A stretch of 64,000 bases of DNA from Eledone cirrhosa (taxonomy: Eukaryota). Made by a program: the position numbers and the translations under genes. The notes beneath the pieces were generated by a model, which did not search any database, was not told the origin of the DNA, and was given only the letters and a program-made list of their open reading frames with translations. This document shows, piece by piece, positions 1-14,136 of this stretch. The stretch spans positions 167,028,001 to 167,092,000 of the forward strand of contig OZ024741.1 of NCBI GenBank assembly GCA_964016885.1, read 5' to 3'. The first letter of the stretch is position 1; the number at the start of each line of letters is the position of its first letter.

Positions 1-2260
1 TGGTGATGGTGTGGTAGTGGTGTAGTGGTGATGGTGTGGTAGTGGTGTAGTGGTGTGGTGAGGTAGTAGTGATAGTGGTGATGGTGTGGTAGTGGTGTAG
101 TGGTGATGGTGTGGTAGTGGTGTAGTGGTGTGGTGAGGTAGTAGTGATAGTGGTGATGGTGTGGTAGTGGTGTAGTGGTGATGGTGTGGTAGTGGTGTAG
201 TGGTGATGGTGTGGTAGTGGTGTAGTGGTGTGGTGGTGTAGTGGTGTGGTGAGGTAGTGGTGTAGTGGTGTGGTGAGGTAGTGGTGTAGTGGTGTGGTGA
301 GGTAGTGGTGATGGTGTGGTAGTGGTGTAGTGGTGTGGTGAGGTAGTAGTGATAGTGGTGATGGTGTGGTAGTGGTGTAGTGGTGATGGTGTGGTAGTGG
401 TGTAGTGGTGATGGTGTGGTAGTGGTGTAGTGGTGATGGTGTGGTAGTGGTGTAGTGGTGATGGTGTGGTAGTGGTGTAGTGGTGTGGTGGTGTAGTGGT
501 GTGGTGAGGTAGTGGTGTAGTGGTGTGGTGAGGTAGTGGTGTAGTGGTGTGGTGAGGTAGTGGTGTAGTGGTGATGGTGTGGTAGTGGTGTAGTGGTGTG
601 GTGAGGTAGTAGTGATGGTGGTGATGGTGAGGTAGTGGTGTAGTGGTGAGGGTGTGGTAGTGGTGTGGTGGTGATGGTGTGGTAGTGGTGTAGTGGTGTG
701 GTGGTGTAGTGGTGTGGTGAGGTAGTGGTGTAGTGGTGTGGTGAGGTAGTGGTGTAGTGGTGATGGTGTGGTAGTGGTGTAGTGGTGATGGTGAGGTAGT
801 GGTGTGGTGGTGATGGTGTGGTAGTGGTGTGGTGGTGATGGTGTGGTAGTGGTGTAGTGGTGATGGTGTGGTAGTGGTGTAGTGGTGATGGTGAGGTAGT
901 GGTGTGGTGGTGATGGTGAGGTAGTGGTGTGGTGGTGATGGTGTGGTAGTGGTGTAGTGGTGATGGTGTGGTAGTGGTGTAGTGGTGATGGTGTGGTAGT
1001 GGTGTAGTGGTGTGGTGAGGTAGTAGTGATGGTGGTGATAGTGTGGTAGTGGTGTAGTGGTGATGGTGTGGTAGTGGTGTGGTGGTGATGGTGTGGTAGT
1101 GGTGTGGTGGTGATGGTGTGGTAGTGGTGTAGTGGTGATGGTGTGGTAGTGGTGTAGTGGTGATGGTGAGGTAGTGGTGTGGTGGTGATGGTGAGGTAGT
1201 GGTGTGGTGGTGATGGTGTGGTAGTGGTGTAGTGGTGATGGTGTGGTAGTGGTGTAGTGGTGATGGTGTGGTAGTGGTGTAGTGGTGTGGTGAGGTAGTA
1301 GTGATGGTGGTGATAGTGTGGTAGTGGTGTAGTGGTGATGGTGTGGTAGTGGTGTGGTGGTGATGGTGTGGTAGTGGTGTAGTGGTGATGGTGTGGTAGT
1401 GGTGTAGTGGTGATGGTGTGGTAGTGGTGTAGTGGTGATGGTGAGGTAGTGGTGTGGTGGTGATGGTGAGGTAGTTGTTCTGGTGGTGATGGTGAGGTAG
1501 TAGTGTAGTGGTGTGGTGTGGTAGTGGTGTGGTGGTGATGGTGAGGTAGTGGTGTGGTGATGATGGTGTGGTAGTGGTGTAGTGGTGATGGTGAGGTAGT
1601 GGTGTAGTGGTGTGGTGTGGTAGTAGTGATGGTGGTGATGGTGTGGTAGTGGTGTGGTGGTGATGGTGTGGTAGTGGTGATGGTGGTGATGGTGTGGTAG
1701 TGGTGTGGTGGTGATGGTGAGGTAGTGGTGTAGTGGTGATGGTGAGGTAGTGGTGTGGTGGTGATGGTGTGGTAGTGGTGTGGTGGTGATGGTGTGGTAG
1801 TAGTAATGGTGGTGGTGGCGAGGTTGTGGTGTAGTGGTGATGGTGTGGTAGTGGTGTGGTGGTGATGGTGTGGTAGTAGTGATGGTGGTGGTGGCGAGGT
1901 TGTGGTGTAGTGGTGATGGTGTGGTAGTGGTGTAATGGTGATGGTGAGGTAGTGGTGTGGTGGTGATTGTGTGGTAGTGGTGTAGTGGTGATGGTGAGGT
2001 AGTGGTGTGGTGGTGGTGGTGAGGTAGTGGTGTGGTGCTGATGGTGTGGTAGTGGTGTGGTGGTGAGGTAGTGGTGTGGTGGTGAGGTAGTGGTGTGGTG
2101 GTGATGGTGTGGTAGTAGTGATGGTGGTGGTGGCGAGGTTTTGGTGTAGTGGTGCTGGTGACGATGATGGTAGTGGTGTGGTGGTGGTGACGATGGTTTG
2201 GTAGTGATGTAGTAGTGGTGGTGATGCTAGTAGTGGTGTAGTGGTGGTGATGGTGGTGAG
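1..2260. repeat. G/T-rich degenerate minisatellite (~25-nt unit TGGTGATGGTGTGGTAGTGGTGTAG)
   Basis: Tandem unit variants visible directly; the array runs off the window start. Confidence 0.95.
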
Positions 2261-2500
2261 GTGTCTGATGCCACTTTTACTAAAATTCTGCTATAATCCT
2301 GGAACACAGCAATCTTCCAGTAACAACCATTACACATAACTTTATAGATTTTCTTTATTTTTGTTGCAATTGTTTTATATTTGTATTTCTTTCTTTTTCG
2401 ATTTATTTTTGCTTTTTTCATTTTATTTTCTCTTTCTTCTTATAACGAAGAATTTCACCTAAAATAAAATAAAATCGCTTCATTGGACGATAGTGAGTTC

Positions 2501-3265
2501 TGGTGGTGGTGGTGGTGGTGGTGGTGGTGGTATTAGTGGTGGTGGTGGTGGTGGTGGTGGTGGTGGTGGCGGTAGTGGTGGTGGTGGTGGTGGTAGTGGT
2601 GGTGGTGAAGGTGGTGGTGGTGGCGGTAGTGGTGGTGGTGGTGGTGGTAGTGGTGTTGGTGGTGGTGGCAGTGGTATTAGTGGTGGTGGTGGTGGGGGGG
2701 GGGGGGTAGTGGTTGTGGTGGTGGTGGTGGTGGTGATGGTAGTGGTGGTAGTGGTGGTGGCGGTGGTAGTAGTGGTGCTTGGGGGGGGTAGTTGGGGGGG
2801 TGAAGGTGGTGGTGGTGGTGGTGGTGGTGGTGGTGGTGGAGGTAGTGGTGGTAGTGGTGGTGGTGGGGGGGGGGGGGGGTATTAGTGGTGGTGGTGGTGG
2901 TGGTGGTGGTGGTGGTGGCAGTGGTGTTGGTGGTGGTGGCAGTGGTATTAGTGGGGGGGGGGTAGTGGTTGTGGTGGTGGTGGTGGTGGTGGTGATGGTA
3001 GTGGTGGTAGTGGTGGTGGTGGTGGTGGTGGTGGTAGTGGTGGTGGTGGTGGTAGTAGTGGTGCTGGTGGTGCTTCGGCTGGTGGTAGTGGTGGTGCTGC
3101 TGGTGGTGCTGGTGTTGTTGTTGTTGTTGTTGTTGATGGTGGTGGTGGCGGCGGTGGTGGTGGTGGCGGTGGTGGTGGTGAACGTGGTGTGGTAGTGCTC
3201 GTAATGTTGGTGGTGGTGGTGGTGTTGATGGCGGCGGCGGTGGTGGTGGTTCTGGCGGCGTTGGT
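2501..3265. repeat. (GGT)n low-complexity tract
   Basis: Trinucleotide run; source of the poly-G/V/T/P ORFs. Confidence 0.95.
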
Positions 3266-3315
3266 AACCATGAAGGCGATGCGGCTGATGGAGGGTGATC
3301 ATTATATTGGTGATG

Positions 3316-3495
3316 CGGTAGATTGGCAGTATCGGTAGAGGGTCGGACGCCATGCTTATCAGCACAGTTACGTCCCTTTATGGTCTAAGTTCAAATCCCG
3401 CCGAGGTTAACTTTGCCTTTCATCCTTACGGTGTCGATAAAATAAAGTACCAGTAATACACTGGTTTTTGCTGGCCTTGTGCCAAAAGTAGAAAA
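3316..3495 (+). mobile_element. tRNA-type SINE, abundant family (octopus-like)
   Basis: TGGCAGTATCGGTAGA box-A-like head, GTTCAAATCCC box B, core CTTTGCCTTTCATCCTTACGG-GTCGATAAAATAAAGTACCAGT; about 10 copies in the window. Confidence 0.85.
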
Positions 3496-3509
3496 AAAGT
3501 AGAAACAAA

Positions 3510-3616
3510 AGAAGGCAGAAGAAGAAGAAGAAGTAGGCAGAAGAAGAAGAAGAAGAAGAAGAAGAAGAAGAAGAAGAAGAATAGGAAGAAAAAGGGGGAG
3601 GAGGAGGAGGAGGAGA
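3510..3616. repeat. (GAA)n/(GGA)n microsatellite
   Basis: Direct. Confidence 0.9.
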
Positions 3617-3642
3617 TAATAATTGTTTCTACTTTTGGCACA

Positions 3643-4755
3643 TGTGTATATATGCGTGTATATATGCGTGTATATATGTGTGTATATACGTGTGTGTATA
3701 TATGTGTGTATATATGTGTGTGTATATATATGTGTGTATATACGTGTGTGTATATATGTGTGTATATATGTGTGTGTATATATATGTGTGTGTATATATG
3801 TGTGTGTATATGTGTGTATATATGTGTGTGTATATGTGTCTGTGTGTATATGTGTGTATATGTGTGTATATATGTGTGTGTATATATGTGTGTATATATG
3901 TGTGTATTTATGTGTGTGTGTATATATATGTGTGTATATATGTGTATATATATGTGTGTGTGTATCTATGTGTGTGTATATATGTGTGTGTATATGTGTG
4001 TGTATAAATGTGTGTGTATATGTGTGTGTATATGTGTGTATAACTGTATGTATATATATGTGTATGTGTGTGTATAAATGTGTGTATATGTATGTGTATA
4101 TTTGTGTGTGTATATATGTGTGTGTATATATGTGTGTATATATGTGTGTGTATATATATGTGTGTATATATGTGTGTGTATATGTGTGTATATATGTGTG
4201 TGTATATGTGTCTGTGTGTATATGTGTGTATATGTGTGTATATATGTGTGTGTAAATATGTGTGTATATATGTGTATATATATGTGTGTATATATGTGTA
4301 TATATGTGTGTGTATATATGTGTGTATATGTGTGTATATATGTGTGTATATATGTGTGTATATGTGTGTGTGTATATATGTGTGTATATGTGTGTTTGTA
4401 TAAATGTGTGTATATGTGCGTGTATATATGTGTGTATATATGTGTGTGTATATGTGTGTGTATATGTGTGTGTATATGTGTGTGTATATGTGTGTGTATA
4501 TATGTGTGTGTATATGTGTGTGTATATGTGTGTGTAAATGTGTGTATAAATGTGTGTGTATATATGTGTATGTATATGTGTGTGTATATATGTGTGTATA
4601 TGTGTGTGTGAGTGTATATATGTGTGTATATATGTGTGCATATGTGTGTATATATGTGTGTGTATATATATATATATGTGTGTATATGTGTGTGTATATA
4701 TGTGTGTGTATATACGTGTGTGTATATATATGTGTATATATATATATATATGTGT
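3643..4755. repeat. Compound (TG/TA)n array
   Basis: Direct; source of the H/T/Y/I and C/V/Y/M ORFs. Confidence 0.95.
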
Positions 4756-5029
4756 TTATTATTATTACTACAGGTACAGAAATCACAAATTTATATACAC
4801 ATATATATACGAGTATATATGTGCGTGTGTGTATATGCATATATATATATATATATATATGTACACGTGGAGAAGTATGTGTATATCTATATATATTTAT
4901 ATAAGTAGTATATATATATATATATATATATATGCAAAAGTTTTATTTAAAATTGTTGGGTTACAACGAGTAAATATTTTATAACTGATATAAAAGCACT
5001 CAACAAGTTTTGGAGTATTTTACGATATT

Positions 5030-5682
<653 letters not shown>

Positions 5683-6831
5683 ATGTGTGTATATATGTGT
5701 GTGTATATATATGTGTGTGTATATATATGTGTGTATATGTGTGTGTATGTATAAATGTGTGTGTATATGTGTGTGTATATATATGTGTGTGTATATATGT
5801 GTGTGTATATGTGTGTGTATATGTGTATATATATGTGTGTATATATGTGTATAATTGTGTATATATGTGTGTGTATATGTGTGTATATATGTGTTTGTAT
5901 ATATGTGTGTGTGTATATACATGTGTGTATATATGTGTGTATAAATGTGTGTATATATGTGTGTGCATATATGTCTGTGTATATGTGTGTGTGTGTATAT
6001 GTGTGTGTATATGTGTGTATATATATGTATGTGCATATGTGTGTGTATATATGTGTGTGTATATATGTGTGTGTATATGTGTGTGTATATGTCTGTGGAT
6101 ATGTGTGTGTGTGTATATGTGTGTATATATGTGTGTGTATATATGTGTGTGTATATATGTGTATATATGTATGTGTATATATGTGTGTGTATATGTGTGT
6201 ATATGTGTGTATAAATATGTGTGTATATGTGTGTGTATATGTGTGTGTATATGTGTGTGTATATATATGTGTATATGTGTGTGTATATATGTGTGTCTAT
6301 ATATGTGTGTATATATGTGTGTGTATATATATGTGTGTATAAGTGTGCATATATGTGTGTGTATATGTGTGTGTGTGTATATGTGTGTGTATATGTGTGT
6401 ATATATATGTATGTGCATATGTGTGTGTATGTATGTGTGTGTATATGTGTGTGTATATGTGTGTTTATATGTGTGTGTGTATATGTGTGTATATATGTGT
6501 GTATATATATGTGTGTATATATGTATGTGTACATATGTGTGTATATGTGTGTATAAATGTGTGTGTATATGTGTGTGTATATATGTGTGTGTATATGTGT
6601 GTATATATGTGTGTGTATATATATGTGTGTATAAGTGTGTATATATGTGTGTGTATATATATGTGTGTGTATATACATGTGTGTATATGTGTGTGTATAT
6701 ATGTGTGTGTTTATATGTGTGTGTATAAATGTGTGTGTATATGTGTGTGTATATGTGTGTGTATATATGTGTGTATATATGTGTGTATATATATCCGTGT
6801 GTATAAATGTGTGTATATATGTGTGTGTATA

Positions 6832-6872
<41 letters not shown>

Positions 6873-7292
6873 ATATATGTGTGTCTATAAATGTGTGTGT
6901 ATATGTGTGTGTATAAATGTGTGTATATATGTGTGTATATATATGTGTGTGTATATGTGTGTGTGTGTATAAATGTGTGTATATATGTGTGTATATATAT
7001 GTGCATATGTCTGTATATATGTGTGTATATATATGTGTGTATATATATGTGTGTGTATATATGTGTGTGTATACATCTAGTTGTATATGTGTGTGTATAT
7101 GTGTGTGTATATATGTGTGTGTATATATGTGTGTATATATATATGTGTGTATTTATGTGTGTCTATGTGTGTGTATAAATGTGTGTGTATATGTGTGTGT
7201 ATATACGTGTGTGTATAACTGTATATATATGTGTGTGTATATGTGTGTGTATATATGTGTGTGTATATGTGTGTGTGTGTATGTGTGTGTGT
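5683..7292. repeat. Compound (TG/TA)n array
   Basis: Direct. Confidence 0.95.
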
Positions 7293-7562
7293 AGTGCATA
7301 TTTACACCACTGACAGCGTATGAAAGAGGAAGGGTGAGTATGAGACAGGGACAAAGAAAAAGAGAGAGGGGGAGGGGATAAGAGACAATGTTGCGGAGAA
7401 AAATCAAGGATGTATCAGGAATTTTTTTGGGGGGGGTGGGGGTGACGAGAGCCAGTGAGGAGTGGGATGGGCATGATAAAATTGTAGAGAAACAGAGTGT
7501 GAATGTGGAGGAGGTCTTAGAAAAGACAGAGAGAGATAGAGATAGAGAGATAGGTACAGCAT

Positions 7563-7631
<69 letters not shown>

Positions 7632-7671
7632 CTGCAAGAGCGAGCGAGATAGATAGATAGATAGATAGATA

Positions 7672-10600
7672 TGTTTCTTTATTAGTCACAGGGGCACAAA
7701 AGAAGGCGACAAATACAAAGGGGGATGTTTACATACAATAAAAACGTGTAAAATATCACAAATGTAATATAAAAGTTAATCGATTTTCCCCAATAGGAGG
7801 TGACATTACATATGAGTAACACATACCCCCGAAAAAAATGTGCAACCCTCATCTCCAGGAGTACGAAGAGTTTGTACCCCTTTCCTCTCTTCCTCCTTTT
7901 CCTCAACCTACACGCTGATATAGAGAGAAGGCCCATTCACTCGGGCCATTCTCGCCCCTTTCACCCACCTTTCATAAAACTTGCTGGGGTACAGCACCTC
8001 TCTCTCCATCCTGATTCTTCTTCCAAAGTGGTATTTGAAAAAAAGAATCAGTTGTTAGCCGGAGAGAAAGGTGTCTGACCTCTTCCCTTTTAACCTCGTC
8101 CACCATACAACCTCTTTCGCCATCGCTACCGCACAAAGGAAAACCGCCTCTCCTTCGTTTTTGAAGGAGGGTGACGGTTTGATTTTGACAATGGACTCGG
8201 TGGTCAACTGGATTGGTCCCACCCGTGACAATAGTCGTTCTACATAGCCCCACAACTCGGTAACGCCCGGGCAGTGTACAAATGCGTGCGCGACGGTTTC
8301 CTCGTCGCGCAGGCATCTCGGATAGATCTTTTTCGAAGGGTCCCTGCCCGGGAGTCCGTGTCTGTAGAGCTTGTCTCGAACTGGTAGAGCTCCTCGGTAG
8401 CACTGCCAGGCCAGGGACTTTTGGAAGTTCTTCATTGGTCCCGGGCGGAAGGTTCTACCGAACAAACTGTCCAGTTCGTCTTCCTCTACGCCTAGAGTTT
8501 CTCCGAGCACGTCGTCGCACTTGCTGCGGACCAACCCTCTATAGAATGACGAAGTGGAGTCTCCACTGATCGCCGGGTCCGCCTGCCAGAGGGTTGTGAG
8601 CGCCTGAGCACATTCGATGTGCCAGTCGCCCATTTTCCTCGGTCTTTGCTTGACCCAGGACTGTAGCTCGGTCAGCGAGACGAGTCGTAGGAATGCTCGC
8701 CTCACGAACGGGGCCCACACCGGTTGTCCGGTGAGGAATACGTGGAGGTGCCGCAGCCTGAGCGCGTGTTTGCGCATCGTCAGCCACGTCATCCCCAGCC
8801 CTCCATTTGAAGGGTGTTGGCAGCAGATGGATCTTCTCACCAAAGGAGTCCGCTTCTTCCAAAGGAATTGGAAGAGCGCGCGCTCCATTTTGGTGAGCGT
8901 TTTGGCTGTCAAGGCACGACGGTCAAGTGGTAGTAGATGGCGGACGCTATAAAAGTGTTCACCACCTCCGCTCGACCTTTCAAGGATAGTTTGCACTCGG
9001 CCCACTTCTGGGTGAGTGCAAACACCATGGCCGTCACCTCGTTCCAGTTCCTCTCCACCTTGAGGTCCGGACCAAACCAGACCCCGAGCAGCTTTACCGG
9101 TCCTTCCATCGGAAGGCATTGGGTTGCCTCTCCACGATCCGAGTTGCAAACCGATGGACTTGTCCCGGTTCAACTTCGCTCCTGTGAACCTTTCGTATTC
9201 CTTCAGTAAGGTGCCAATTTCCTCGATTTGCGAATTACTCGACACCACTACTGCGGAAAGCGGCGTAGGCCGACGCCGCTTTCCGCAGTCCCGGTTCCAG
9301 AGGGATGCCCTACAATAGCTCCAACTTCCGCAGTAGTGGCTCGAGAGTCAGTACGTACAGAGAGGGCATCCCTGTCGAATGGATCGCGTGATATAGAACG
9401 GCTCTGAGAGGTAGCCGTTCACCTTGACCCTTGAGCAGATGTTGCTGTTGTGTTGTTGCAGCAATCCGGCCCCTGAACACGGGTCCGAAGCCTGCCGCCT
9501 CGAGCACCGCATCCAGGTAACGATGGTCAACCGTATCGAAAGCCTTAGACTGATCCAAGTTGATCAGGGCCCCACCGAAGCCTGGTTTACACCCTACCCT
9601 CTCTATGATGTATCGCATGAGGTGGAGGTTGTCGTGTATGAACCTGGTCGGGATTGCGCATGTCTGCGCTTCTCCCACCAGGTTCTCGACGACAAGCGCC
9701 AGCCTCTTTGCCAACACCTTGGCCAAAATCTGTAACTCTGTGTTTAGCAGGGTTATGGGCCGGAAGTTGCCTGTCATCCCCCTTATTCTCGTCCTTCCTG
9801 ACTAGTGTGACTACGCCCCCTGTCACAGAACTGGGAATTCTCCCGTTCTGCTGCCAGTTGCAGTAGACCGCTTCCAGGAGACCGGAGAACAAGTTCGGCA
9901 TTGCTACGTAAAATTCGTAGGGTAGACCGTCGAGACCTGGGATTTGCGTTTGCCGCATTGGCTCAGCGCGTCCCCTATCTCAGCGGCTGAAATCGGCCTT
10001 TCACAGAACTTCGCCTCGCTCTCCGAGAGTCGCGGTAGGCTGTCGAGGTATGAACGGAAATCCATAGCCCCTCCCGGCGTGCCGCCCCGCCCGAACAGCT
10101 GAGCAAAGTGCCACTGAAAGGCCGCGCACATCTGCTTCGGCTCACGTATCACGCGTCCGTCTTGGTCCTTCAAAGATCGAATCGTGACTTGTTGCCACTT
10201 TTTGCCTCCGTCACCCGGGCCCAGCTAACAGCTTTGGCTCCCTCGTTACCCAGAGCACGTATTTTGCTTCTGACAACGCAGCCCTCGTGCTTTGCGTCGA
10301 AGAACTGGTCCAAGGCCGTTCTCGTTGCTAGCACGCTGGCTACGTTGCCACTTCTAATTGCCTCTTCTACTTTATCTATCAGTTCCTTCTCGGTCCTATT
10401 TCTATTTAACGCTAATTCTTTACTAAAAACTAACGAGTCTAATCTAACTGCCCTCTTGAGAGAGTACCACCATCTGTTGTTGATAATGGCCCCTGTCAAG
10501 TGCTGTTTAACTAAAGTGCTAATCCGTCTACTGTAGGATTTGCATCGGTAACGACAAGTTCAGATTCCAGTAGCCGGGTCCTTGTCTATGGGTTCTATCA

Positions 10601-10932
10601 AGGTTGACCATGCAGGTCACTAGTTTGTGATCTGAATAGGAAACCATGAACATTTGTGGACAGCTTAACATGTCCCTATCTTTATTTCTAACTAGAACAC
10701 TATCTAGGTACGATCTAGATGTTCCGCTGCGATTAGTCCACGTCCACAGTGGCACAGTCGGAAAATCTAGTCGATATCTATCGGCCAGGTCAAATCGGCC
10801 GATTAACTGTTTGAGGCTGTTATACGCCCCTTTATCGGGACATGCTTCCACATAGTCCCAACGTGCATCTAGGATTCCATTCCAGTTCCCCACTAAAAGT
10901 AAGGACGTTTGAAGAAGTCTGGCCGCGGTGTC
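7672..10932 (-). mobile_element. 5'-truncated, frameshifted Tx1/L1-clade LINE (APE endonuclease + RT + C-terminal Cys motif)
   Basis: EN motifs GNWN, SYLD, SDHK (10528-10893); RT motifs PGLDGLP, FRPITLLNTE, DQSKAFD, RQGCP; C-terminal CLRDEETVAHAFVHC; AATAAA at the 3' end; GATA/GA runs on both flanks. Confidence 0.92.
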
Positions 10933-11250
<318 letters not shown>

Positions 11251-11377
11251 GGGAGTGGGGGTGGAGATAGCAGAAGAGAAACAGAGAAAAAAATGAAAGA
11301 TATAGAAGGTGATTGAGATAGAGTAGGGGAAAGGGCAGGAGAATACGGAGGTAAAAGGGGGCGTGATAAAACATGGA

Positions 11378-11470
11378 AGGTGCGTGGTTTAGTGGTTAGG
11401 GTATTTGTCTAACAATAATAAGGCTATGGGTTCGGTTCCGGAAAGAGCAGCGTGTTGTGTTCTTGTTTTA
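11378..11470 (+). mobile_element. Degenerate tRNA-derived SINE head
   Basis: TGGTTTAGTGG box A and GGTTCGGTTCC box B spacing. Confidence 0.5.
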
Positions 11471-11623
11471 ATGTTGTGACCGGTAGAAAGTGTCAGTCAT
11501 AGAAAGACCAATGGAAACATTGTTTCCTTGATCCGATCTGACGATCGGCCTCTTCCCTATATGAAACATTTTTTTTCGATTCCACCCTGCCCGTCCCTTC
11601 AATCTTTCTAATTTCTCATTCTT

Positions 11624-11659
11624 TCTTCTGAAGAAGGACTAGCATCCGAAACGTTAAGA
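11624..11659 (+). ncRNA. Minimal type-I hammerhead motif (family H1, copy 1)
   Basis: TCTT-CTGAAGA-A-GGA(CTAGCA)TCC-GAAA-CG-TT-AAGA. Confidence 0.6.
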
Positions 11660-11740
11660 CCCTCTTCCTGATATTTCAAGCGTTAACCTAATATACTCCT
11701 TCCATATACTGTACCGATTGAGTTGTTATTTTTGTTAACC

Positions 11741-11855
<115 letters not shown>

Positions 11856-11995
11856 TGTGTGTGTGTGCGTATTAATTTATGTTTTGTGGTTCACCAATGG
11901 ACAGAACTGGTCATTCCGTTTAGTTAGCCATGATATAATAGTAGGAAAATCACTCTAACTTATGCAACTCACCCATCGTTGCTGTTATATATATA

Positions 11996-12030
<35 letters not shown>

Positions 12031-12485
12031 GCTCACCCCCTCTGCTAATCACCTTCTCTCTGCTAGCCTGCCACTATAACTATCTCTTTCTCGCTTCCTC
12101 TTACTTTCACTCCCTCCCTCTCTGCTAGTCACCCTCTCTCCTCTAGCTCACTTCCTCCCTCGTCCGCCACTGCAAGCAGTCTCTTTTCTCGCTCACACTG
12201 CTTCAGTGAAGACGTGTCTGTTCTTTCTCGTCACACTCGTCAGGACTTATGTCCGAAAAAAGTTTGTTGACTTGATATTTTTCCTCTCTTTACGTTGCTT
12301 TACTTTTCGTGTGTGTTTACGTACTCCTTTCTCTCTCTCTCCCCCCTTTTATCCCAATAACTTATTTTAGTTATTGATCGCACTAGGTTGAGATATCTTG
12401 TCTCTAACGTGAAGAAATATCGATGATTCCTAGCAGACAACTAATGATGGATAATACCCTCTTTCGCCCGTAACTTTTTATTTTC

Positions 12486-12519
<34 letters not shown>

Positions 12520-12527
12520 ATTAATAT

Positions 12528-13020
12528 TTTACTCTTGATTGGCCAGAGGTGTTTATTTCCAGGTACCTTATAAATTTGACTTTCCGTATTTATTACTGTT
12601 GTGCGATATTGTGGTTTTATTGGTTGTGACTTCTGTTTTTTAGCCTAAGAAAATATATATATGCCTATGTATATAATTACATGCATACATTTATTATTAT
12701 TTTTTTTTATTAATTGAGTTCTTTACACGAGGAATTGATATTAGTTTTGAAATAACTAATTAACCCGCGTGTGTTTTATATTTTACTCTTAATTCAGCCG
12801 GAGATTTACATTCCCATTTGCCCTTTAAAGCATAACTTTCCGTATTTACTACGGTTACGAGATGCGGTTTCTTATTCAGGTACAACCTCTGATTTAGCCT
12901 AAGAAAATATCTATATGCGTGTGTAATTTATACAAGCATATATTTAAGTTTTTAATTTCAATTGAGTTCTTAACACGTTGGATTGATAATGTTTTCGAAA
13001 AACTGTTTAACCCGCGTGTA
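12528..13020. repeat. Degenerate tandem duplication, ~255-bp unit x2
   Basis: Shared blocks TTCCGTATTTA, TTAGCCTAAGAAAATAT, AATTGAGTTCTT, TTAACCCGCGTGT. Confidence 0.75.
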
Positions 13021-13024
13021 TATT

Positions 13025-13530
13025 ATTTTTTTCCTCCTTTCGTGGATCGTGGTTGTCTCCCCTTCCCGCTTAGTGACGCTATAATACTTCCTCAGTCAAA
13101 AACTGCTGGAATTTCAAATTTGCCGGTCACTCGATGCGGGAAGGAGCAACTTAACAGACACGATTTTTAACTACGGTAAGAACATTTTTTTTTCTTATAT
13201 CAAAGTTTAATGGGCTTCCACTGATGATTTATAAACGCCCACCTAAATATATTCTTACATGAATGTATATTAGGCTTCTACATAAACTGGAAATATTCTC
13301 CGAATTTGTAGAAAACTTATAATGGAACAATTGTTTGGAAAGAGAGATATATTTTAACTTTAATTATATCTCATAAAATAATACAACTGGCTTTTCCACA
13401 TAATACATATTGTTAGCACCCCAAACACTTAAATTGGGTTTATATTAAAATATAACCTAATGTTTGTTGAGTGAGATGGTTACCAGTCAGAGATTAGCTT
13501 TAAACTATCTCTGTTATTGTATTAATTATA
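13025..13530 (+). repeat. ~500-bp element, left member of an inverted pair
   Basis: Reverse complement of 16203-16708 with scattered substitutions; third partial copy at ~44600-44772. Confidence 0.9.
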
Positions 13531-13551
13531 TATATATATATATATAACATA

Positions 13552-13932
13552 ATATAAAACGAAAAATCAGTGATGCATCTGAACTCAATTTATTGTGTGT
13601 TACAATTGTTTCGCCGGCGGACAGCTCGAGACGCGATCATTGTGTGGATCTGTCTGATTCTGGACCCGCAGGTTCGACGGACACGTCTAATGATTTCGGA
13701 GCATATTCTCTCACTGGGAGCATATTCTTGGAGCATATTCTCTCACTTCGGAGCATATTCTCTCACTTAGTGAGAGAATATGCTCCGAAATCATTAGACG
13801 TGTCCGTCGAACCTGCGGGTCCAGAATCAGACAGATCCACACAATGATCGCGTCTCGAGCTGTCCGCCGGCGAAACGATTCTAACACACAATAAATTTAG
13901 TTCAGATGCATCACTGATTTTTCGTTTTATAT
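13552..13932. repeat. Fold-back with stuttered apex
   Basis: ~165-bp arms with a few mismatches; GGAGCATATTCTCTCACT repeated 3-4 times just before the turn at 13768. Confidence 0.93.
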
Positions 13933-14054
13933 ATTATATCATACTCTGCTCTGTAAGAGCATAGAGTGCTCAACTGGCATACCGCCTATGGAAGCATCTT
14001 AGCTACCATCAGACACACACACACACACACACACACACATACTTGTTCACTTTC

Positions 14055-14132
<78 letters not shown>

Positions 14133-14136
14133 TATT

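Noticed and set aside
11378-11445. tRNA gene
   Set aside because: A/B boxes only, no cloverleaf; better explained as a SINE head
13221-13300. CTGATGA...GGAAA with a long intervening stem
   Set aside because: No complementary stem I or valid stem III found
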